Below, piece by piece: positions 58,819 through 64,000 of a DNA stretch of 64,000 nucleotides. Position 1 is the stretch's first letter. The number at the start of each line of letters is the position of its first letter. This DNA is from an uncultured Gammaproteobacteria bacterium. Its GTDB lineage: Bacteria; Pseudomonadota; Gammaproteobacteria; Ga0077536. Position numbers and translations under genes: made by a program. The stretch is from contig CALJHG010000012.1 in assembly GCA_938075585.1 (NCBI GenBank), positions 12,673 through 76,672 of the forward strand, written 5' to 3'. The notes beneath the pieces were generated by a model, which saw only the letters and a program-made list of their open reading frames with translations, was not told the origin of the DNA and did no database searches.

Positions 58819-58944
58819 TTATAAAACCAGCGTTCCTATCAATACTTGGCCTACTACGACCAAAGTGAGGCAGGTTGACGCAGAAATTAATGTTCCGACA
58901 GCGGTTCGACTGGATCCTTGGTTATTACTATTTGTGTTAGTCAT
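58819..58944 (-). CDS. possible 41-aa small membrane protein
   Basis: MTNTNSNNQGSSRTAVGTLISASTCLTLVVVGQVLIGTLVL. The ATG at 58944 is preceded by AAGGAA about 8 nt upstream, and there is one C-terminal TM helix. No homology recognised. Confidence 0.3.
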   Translation of the reverse strand: MTNTNSNNQGSSRTAVGTLISASTCLTLVVVGQVLIGTLVL

Positions 58945-58984
58945 GGCAAATTCCTTATATTTAGATTTTGATGAAACTATTTTT

Positions 58985-59227
58985 TTAAACTGTAGCTTTA
59001 TAATGCGCTGCAGCATTATTTAAATCTCCTACCGAAAAAATTGACGCTTGGATGTGTCGTTCGGTGTCACAAAGACAACGATTCTGCGTATTTTTTAAAG
59101 TAACTCTGTGTTGAGCCCGAGGCAGATCGTGTGCTTGCAATATCGATAGGACACAACCAGATAAAACCAATAAAATGAGTACATTTTTCAGTATTTCTTG
59201 ACTAATTTTTGTGCTAAAAGTTATCAT
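58985..59227 (-). CDS. possible small lipoprotein
   Basis: From ATG 59227 it reads MITFSTKISQEILKNVLILLVLSGC.., with a lipobox-like LSGC, 80 aa. No homology recognised. Confidence 0.3.
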   Translation of the reverse strand: MITFSTKISQEILKNVLILLVLSGCVLSILQAHDLPRAQHRVTLKNTQNRCLCDTERHIQASIFSVGDLNNAAAHYKATV

Positions 59228-59622
59228 TTTAATTATCACTTCTGTTCGGATATTTTGTTGTTCGTAAGGTTTTATTAAATGTAGCATCAATAATTATTAA
59301 CGCGCTTTTGTTCAATTGGCGTTACTATATTGCACCGCAATATAAATGGGTAGTGAGCCGTTTCGAAAAACAGCTTTTCCTTTTTCGCCTATTCATTGGT
59401 CCGAAATGGAACATGAAATGCACCCAAAATGAGATTATTTAGTAGCTGGAATCGGTTATGGGGTGTTTATCGGCAGTGCAAGGTGAAAAATGTGATTAAA
59501 TTGATGTGATAGGCATCTGGTGTTGTTTCGGTTTAAAGGCAGCTGTAGTAACTTATGGGTTTCGATATACATGAATAGCATAGGAAACATATGAATACTT
59601 TTTTCAAAAGGGGCATCTAGCG

Positions 59623-60570
59623 GTGGGAATGCTCAACGGAGGAGTATGGCAAAAAGACGATATTTCAGACTTCAAACGGGATGGGAAAAATGTCCGGTTT
59701 AAATCAGGATTTGAAGAGAGGATTAGAAAAGATGGTATCAGTCGTTTCTCCCCAGAACTGGGCCGGTACATAGTTTATTGTAATTGGACATGCCCTTGGT
59801 CGCACCGGGTTTTGCTCGCACGACAGCTAAAGGGACTCTCGGATGCGATAGATTTGGTATTACTGGATCCAGTTATGGGACCTGAGTCGTGGTGGTTTGG
59901 GTCTTCGGGAGACTATTTTGACCCTGAGATCAAGGCGACGCACCTGCATCAACTTTATTCTAAGTCGGACTTAAAGTTTACTGGAAGAGTATCAATTCCA
60001 ATTCTTTGGGATAGAGAATTAAAAACTATAGTGAATAACGATTCTGGTGCCATTGCTCGAATGCTAAATGATGAGTTTAATCACGTTGCTAAACGCCCTG
60101 AGGCTAATTATTGCCCATCTGAGATAAGGGCCGAGGTCGATGACTTGAACTCATATATAGGTGAGCGGGTCATGGATGGAGTATATCGTTGTTTGTTAGC
60201 TGCGAATCAGCAAGATTTTGATTATGCATTTGGGCAGCTGTTTAATGCGTTAGATTTTCTCGATCAAAAGCTTGATAGCTCTCGATACTTGCTAGGTTCA
60301 GACCCAACTGAGCCTGACTGGCGTCTTTTCGCCTGCCTTGTGCGCTTTGATACTATTTACTATGGACTTTATCGATGCAATTGGAAACGTATTGTCGACT
60401 ACCGAAACCTATGGGACTACACGCGGGACCTTTTTCAATACGAGGATGCTCGAAAGACTGTCGATCTTGATGCAATGAAACGAGGTTATTACGGGATTGT
60501 GAGCCCAGGAAGCTTTATACCCCAAGGACCCGAGCTAGACTTTTTAGCACCTCATTGCCGAAATTTATAA
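59623..60570 (+). CDS. yqjG: glutathionyl-hydroquinone reductase (Xi-class GST, YqjG-like)
   Basis: (M)GMLNGGVW, CPWSHRVLLARQLKGL (CPW[A/S]HR catalytic Cys), GRVSIPILWD and LVRFDTIYY. Colinear with E. coli YqjG. GTG start. Confidence 0.88.
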   Translation: MGMLNGGVWQKDDISDFKRDGKNVRFKSGFEERIRKDGISRFSPELGRYIVYCNWTCPWSHRVLLARQLKGLSDAIDLVLLDPVMGPESWWFGSSGDYFDPEIKATHLHQLYSKSDLKFTGRVSIPILWDRELKTIVNNDSGAIARMLNDEFNHVAKRPEANYCPSEIRAEVDDLNSYIGERVMDGVYRCLLAANQQDFDYAFGQLFNALDFLDQKLDSSRYLLGSDPTEPDWRLFACLVRFDTIYYGLYRCNWKRIVDYRNLWDYTRDLFQYEDARKTVDLDAMKRGYYGIVSPGSFIPQGPELDFLAPHCRNL

Positions 60571-60634
60571 TGCAAATGATTATGGAGATTTTTATATTTT
60601 GTGATACGGCGTCTCGTCAATTTAGGAGTGGGCG

Positions 60635-61516
60635 ATGTTAAATCAAGTGAGAAAAAGCGCCCTTCTGCCGGAGGAAAAGGCTGGGCAATGGGTAAAGTCT
60701 GGAATGACTATTGCGATTGGCGAGCCTGCTCCTATGGGTCTACTGCGATGGATCATCAGGAATAAGATTACGGATTTGACGGTGATCGGTAGCGGAATGG
60801 CATTAGATTATTTAATTGCTGGTGGCTGCGTGCGTAAGGTTGTTACCTACTACGCCGGATCGCCGGACACAGCTGTAATGCCGGCATTTCGATCGGAGGC
60901 CGAAAATGGTTCGCTCGAAGTATGGGAATGCGAAGAGGGCATACTGACTAGCGGTCTGGAAGCGGCCGGAAAGGGCCTGCCGTTTATGCCTTGGAGAGGG
61001 GGAGTTGGAACTTCGCTACCAGACATCAACGCCGATCTCAAAGTAATACGCGACCCGATAGGTGGCGAGGTTTTAATCGCAGTGCCGGCAATAGATATCG
61101 ACATAACATTACTGCACGCATCAATTTCTGATTCTTATGGAAATGTGCAGCATTGTCGGGGCACCGGCTGGTTAGATATGTTTCTTTATCGTGCCGCCGA
61201 TCGTGTAATTGTTCAGGTGGAGAAAATAGTGTCGAATGAAGAGATCCGATCTAAGCCATGGGAAACGACCATTTCGAACGCCGATGCTATCGTGCTATCA
61301 CCATATGGAGCACATCCTTTTTACAGTCGAGGCTACTACGTTCAAGATCAAGAGTACATTCAAGCCTATTTAGAAGCGATCAAGGCTGCCTACAGTAAAG
61401 GTAGCAGGGATGACAAAGATGATTATTTCGAGACACATTGTAATCGATTTCAAAGCCATGCTGAGTATCTAGATGCGATAGGTATGGGACATTTAATATC
61501 GTTGAGTGAATATTAG
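60635..61516 (+). CDS. CoA-transferase subunit A (glutaconate/3-oxoacid CoA-transferase family)
   Basis: 293 aa. It has KSGMTIAIGEP. The adjacent subunit-B-like gene starts 6 nt downstream. Confidence 0.7.
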   Translation: MLNQVRKSALLPEEKAGQWVKSGMTIAIGEPAPMGLLRWIIRNKITDLTVIGSGMALDYLIAGGCVRKVVTYYAGSPDTAVMPAFRSEAENGSLEVWECEEGILTSGLEAAGKGLPFMPWRGGVGTSLPDINADLKVIRDPIGGEVLIAVPAIDIDITLLHASISDSYGNVQHCRGTGWLDMFLYRAADRVIVQVEKIVSNEEIRSKPWETTISNADAIVLSPYGAHPFYSRGYYVQDQEYIQAYLEAIKAAYSKGSRDDKDDYFETHCNRFQSHAEYLDAIGMGHLISLSEY

Positions 61517-61521
61517 TCAGA

Positions 61522-62313
61522 ATGTCTTCCCCTGCGACCATCAAAGAACTAATGGCGGTAGTACTTTCGCGCGAGTTGGAAGATGGTGATCATTTGCAAG
61601 TAGGTGTGGCACTGCCTGTCCCTGAAGTGGCAGTCCGATTAGCGCACATTATGCATGGGCCGAACATGCAGTTAATTTTTCTTGGAGCTCGTATGAATGT
61701 GCATCATTTAGAATCGATTCCTCTACCCACTTTCGGTTGGGATAGTCGATCTGTTCGGTGGGCCGAGTCCTACAGTGATCGCGGCCATCGATTTGATCAG
61801 GTAAAAGCATGGCACAAAAGAGTGTTTTTTGTTGGCGGCCTTCAAGTGGACAAGTTTGGTAATATAAATTTGATAGGTATTGGCGATGATCCAAAAAAAT
61901 TAAAGTTTCGTGGCCCTGCTTCGGTGGGTACTCCAACTTTAACAACTCATGTGGGACGCTATTACATAGTGCTAAATAATCACACCTCAAGAGTCCTTGT
62001 GTCTGAATGCGACTACGTGAGTGCTGTTGGCTGGCATGAGGGAGGTACCGATGCTAGGAAGAAACTTGGCATTCCAGGTGGGGGCCCCAAATTATGCGTT
62101 ACACCCTTATGCGTGATGGACTTTACTGAAATTGAAAAGAGGATGCGACTGGTATCTTTGCATCCGGGAGTGACTCTAGATGAAGTAAAAGCAAATACGG
62201 GCTTTGAACTGGTAATACCGGATATAGTTCCTACCACTCTAGTTCCCACGGAAGACGAGCTGACTATTTTGCGCAGTAGAGTGGACCTCAGCGGGCTACT
62301 TCGCTCCCGATAA
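61522..62313 (+). CDS. CoA-transferase subunit B
   Basis: 263 aa. It has GGLQVDKFGNINL, typical of the beta subunit of family I CoA-transferases. Confidence 0.7.
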   Translation: MSSPATIKELMAVVLSRELEDGDHLQVGVALPVPEVAVRLAHIMHGPNMQLIFLGARMNVHHLESIPLPTFGWDSRSVRWAESYSDRGHRFDQVKAWHKRVFFVGGLQVDKFGNINLIGIGDDPKKLKFRGPASVGTPTLTTHVGRYYIVLNNHTSRVLVSECDYVSAVGWHEGGTDARKKLGIPGGGPKLCVTPLCVMDFTEIEKRMRLVSLHPGVTLDEVKANTGFELVIPDIVPTTLVPTEDELTILRSRVDLSGLLRSR

Positions 62314-62409
62314 GTTAGCAAGCAATTTTTTTCTAGGTTAAATATAATTTAAGTGTAAACTATTAATGCTAAAAAAAAACAATTAGAAAGTTAGGAGCGT
62401 AGAAATTCA

Positions 62410-62922
62410 ATGAGCAACAATGGCAATGGATCTTTAGTAGCAATTGTGATGGGCAGCAAGTCAGATTTGGGTGTAATGCAGCCTGCGCTCGATAGACTGG
62501 CAAGTCTCAATATTTCTTACGAAGTTGATATTATGTCGGCGCACCGGAGTCCTGGAAGAGTGTCCGAATATGCGTCCAATCTTCACAAACGCGGCGTGAT
62601 GGCTATCATAGCTGGCGCAGGTAGTGCTGCTCACCTAGCTGGCGTTATTGCAGCGCATACCATCATACCTGTGATTGGTGTGCCTGTGGCCGCGACGAAA
62701 TTAAATGGCATGGACTCTTTATTATCCGTTGTACAAATGCCCGCAGGTATTCCTGTTGCCACCGTTGGTATTGATAACGCGGACAATGCAGCTTTGTTGG
62801 CCGCGCAAATAGTAGCGTTTAAATTGCCAGGCTTAAGCGATCGGTTATACGCACACAAGACGGCGATGGAAGAAAAAGTTAATGCCGCATCCAAAGAAGC
62901 TGCTAAGAGCGAACAATTTTAG
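62410..62922 (+). CDS. purE: 5-(carboxyamino)imidazole ribonucleotide mutase
   Basis: VAIVMGSKSD, SAHRSP, IAGAGSAAHLAGV, and PVIGVPV..L.G.DSLLS.VQMP.G.PVATV. Confidence 0.95.
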   Translation: MSNNGNGSLVAIVMGSKSDLGVMQPALDRLASLNISYEVDIMSAHRSPGRVSEYASNLHKRGVMAIIAGAGSAAHLAGVIAAHTIIPVIGVPVAATKLNGMDSLLSVVQMPAGIPVATVGIDNADNAALLAAQIVAFKLPGLSDRLYAHKTAMEEKVNAASKEAAKSEQF

Positions 62923-63295
62923 GCTTCAATTGGGATAGATTGAGCGATATGTGTAACAAGTCCCTGTAATTTTTCTATGAATTATAGGATGGTTCGTCAC
63001 AACAAATTAAAACAGTATCATTAACTGTGAATAATTTGGATTTACACTATCGTGTTCCTTTTCGAAGCGGAATTATAAAATTAAGAGATACTTTTTGCCT
63101 TCGCCATCTAACAAGTATTTGGTAAACACGAGATCTGGATTTCATCTGCGAACTCTATCTTAGTATTCTTGTTCTCTCTGACTGTTTGCGTCCACTCGTA
63201 AAATCCATGATTTTGGCAGAATTGTGTCCGTGTACTAATTTTTAGACTCTTTAGCTTCTTCTGGCCGGGGAAATTGCACTGCTATTACTTAATTT

Positions 63296-63673
63296 TTACA
63301 AGGCATTTGCTCCCATTGTCGCTATAAGCCCATCTTCTGAAGATTTCACACCACTTACTCCTATCGCACCTACAATGTCTCCGTCGTATATTAAAGGCAC
63401 GCCTCCTTCAATCGGGAGCATTCCCGGCATTGCTAAGTAGCCGTGACGTCCTTCTGCGACTGTATCTTCCCAAAATTTAGTAGGCCGCCTAAAGGTTAAA
63501 GCTACTTTTGCTTTCGTTATAGCAACTTCGATTGAGCCTAGCTGTACTTTTTCGCGCTGGAGATACATTAGGTGCCCCCCATCATCGACGATCGCGATGA
63601 CAACATTCCATCCATTTTTCTCTGCTTCGGACTCCGCGGCGCCAGCAACACGTTTCACATCTTCTAGGCTCAT
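63296..63673 (-). CDS. GlcG/HbpS-like heme-binding (DUF336) protein
   Basis: MSLEDVKRVAGAAESEAEKNGWNVVIAIVDDGGHLMYLQR..GGVPLIYDGDIVGAIGVSG. Start taken at ATG 63673. Confidence 0.8.
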   Translation of the reverse strand: MSLEDVKRVAGAAESEAEKNGWNVVIAIVDDGGHLMYLQREKVQLGSIEVAITKAKVALTFRRPTKFWEDTVAEGRHGYLAMPGMLPIEGGVPLIYDGDIVGAIGVSGVKSSEDGLIATMGANAL

Positions 63674-64000
63674 TATTTTTTTTTCGTACAATTTGTCGAC
63701 CTCTTGAGTATTGAAAATCACTGCTACCATCGATTGCAGTAGAACCATAATAGTGTATGTTGATTATAAGAAATAAGACATAGTGATTGAGCGTTTTCAC
63801 GCTGTGAATTAAATTGTGGTTTTTTTGTAGGTTGTCGAGTTAGCTAGCGGTCCATGTGAGGACGAAGTGTTGTGAAAAAAAATTTATTACTAGAAAATAT
63901 GGTAGAAATGGTTAAGCGCGGAAATGGTTCTAACAATATCATGTCACCTGTAAATCTAGGGATTTAGGATGGCTGTATCTAAGAATTTTAAAGGCAAGCT

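Overview
This is a 64-kb chromosomal segment from a moderately AT-rich Gram-negative bacterium. The gene order (mutS/fdxA, ispB<>rplU-rpmA-obg-proB, rpsT<>murJ-ribF-lspA-ispH) looks gammaproteobacterial. That is an inference from remembered synteny, since no search was possible. I support about 60 protein genes and one tRNA-Thr(CGU). I saw no rRNA, CRISPR array, transposase, integrase or phage genes. The window has three parts. (1) 1-15.8 kb is housekeeping: mpl, ispG, msrB, dcd, apbC, metG, rnfB-like, fdxA, mutS, htpG, prmB, aroC. (2) 15.8-34.3 kb is a hopanoid (hpn) cluster: mlaA, MlaC/HpnM-like, hpnB-like, hpnH, dxs, an HpnL-like membrane protein, hpnA, hpnN, hpnG and squalene synthase. Two things sit inside it. 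One is a complete 2-aminoethylphosphonate (AEP) cassette: a 2OG/Fe oxygenase, a LicC-like nucleotidyltransferase, a PEP mutase-nucleotidyltransferase fusion, phosphonopyruvate decarboxylase and AEP transaminase. The other is a CDP-alcohol phosphatidyltransferase lying inside the hpnN-hpnA operon. (3) 34.5-64 kb holds more housekeeping genes: DEAD-box helicases, azurin, ispB, rplU-rpmA-obg-proB, rpsT, murJ, ribF, lspA, ispH, panD, purE. After the tRNA-Thr comes a run of redox and catabolic genes: GST, nitroreductase, 2-hydroxyacid dehydrogenase, a BVMO, LLM oxidoreductases, a citryl-CoA-lyase-like gene, a GntR regulator, a CoA-transferase pair and a YqjG-type GST. The main hunt result is the phosphonate cassette wired into the hopanoid cluster. 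It suggests a phosphonate-bearing hopanoid, or a phosphonolipid trafficked together with hopanoids. Secondary observations include two conserved genes (prmB, ispB) with no canonical start codon, an Irr-like Fur regulator, a deviant BVMO fingerprint, and candidate operators and repeats in divergent promoter regions. All calls rest on reading the translations and remembered family motifs. No database search, HMM, tRNA scan or folding calculation was run.
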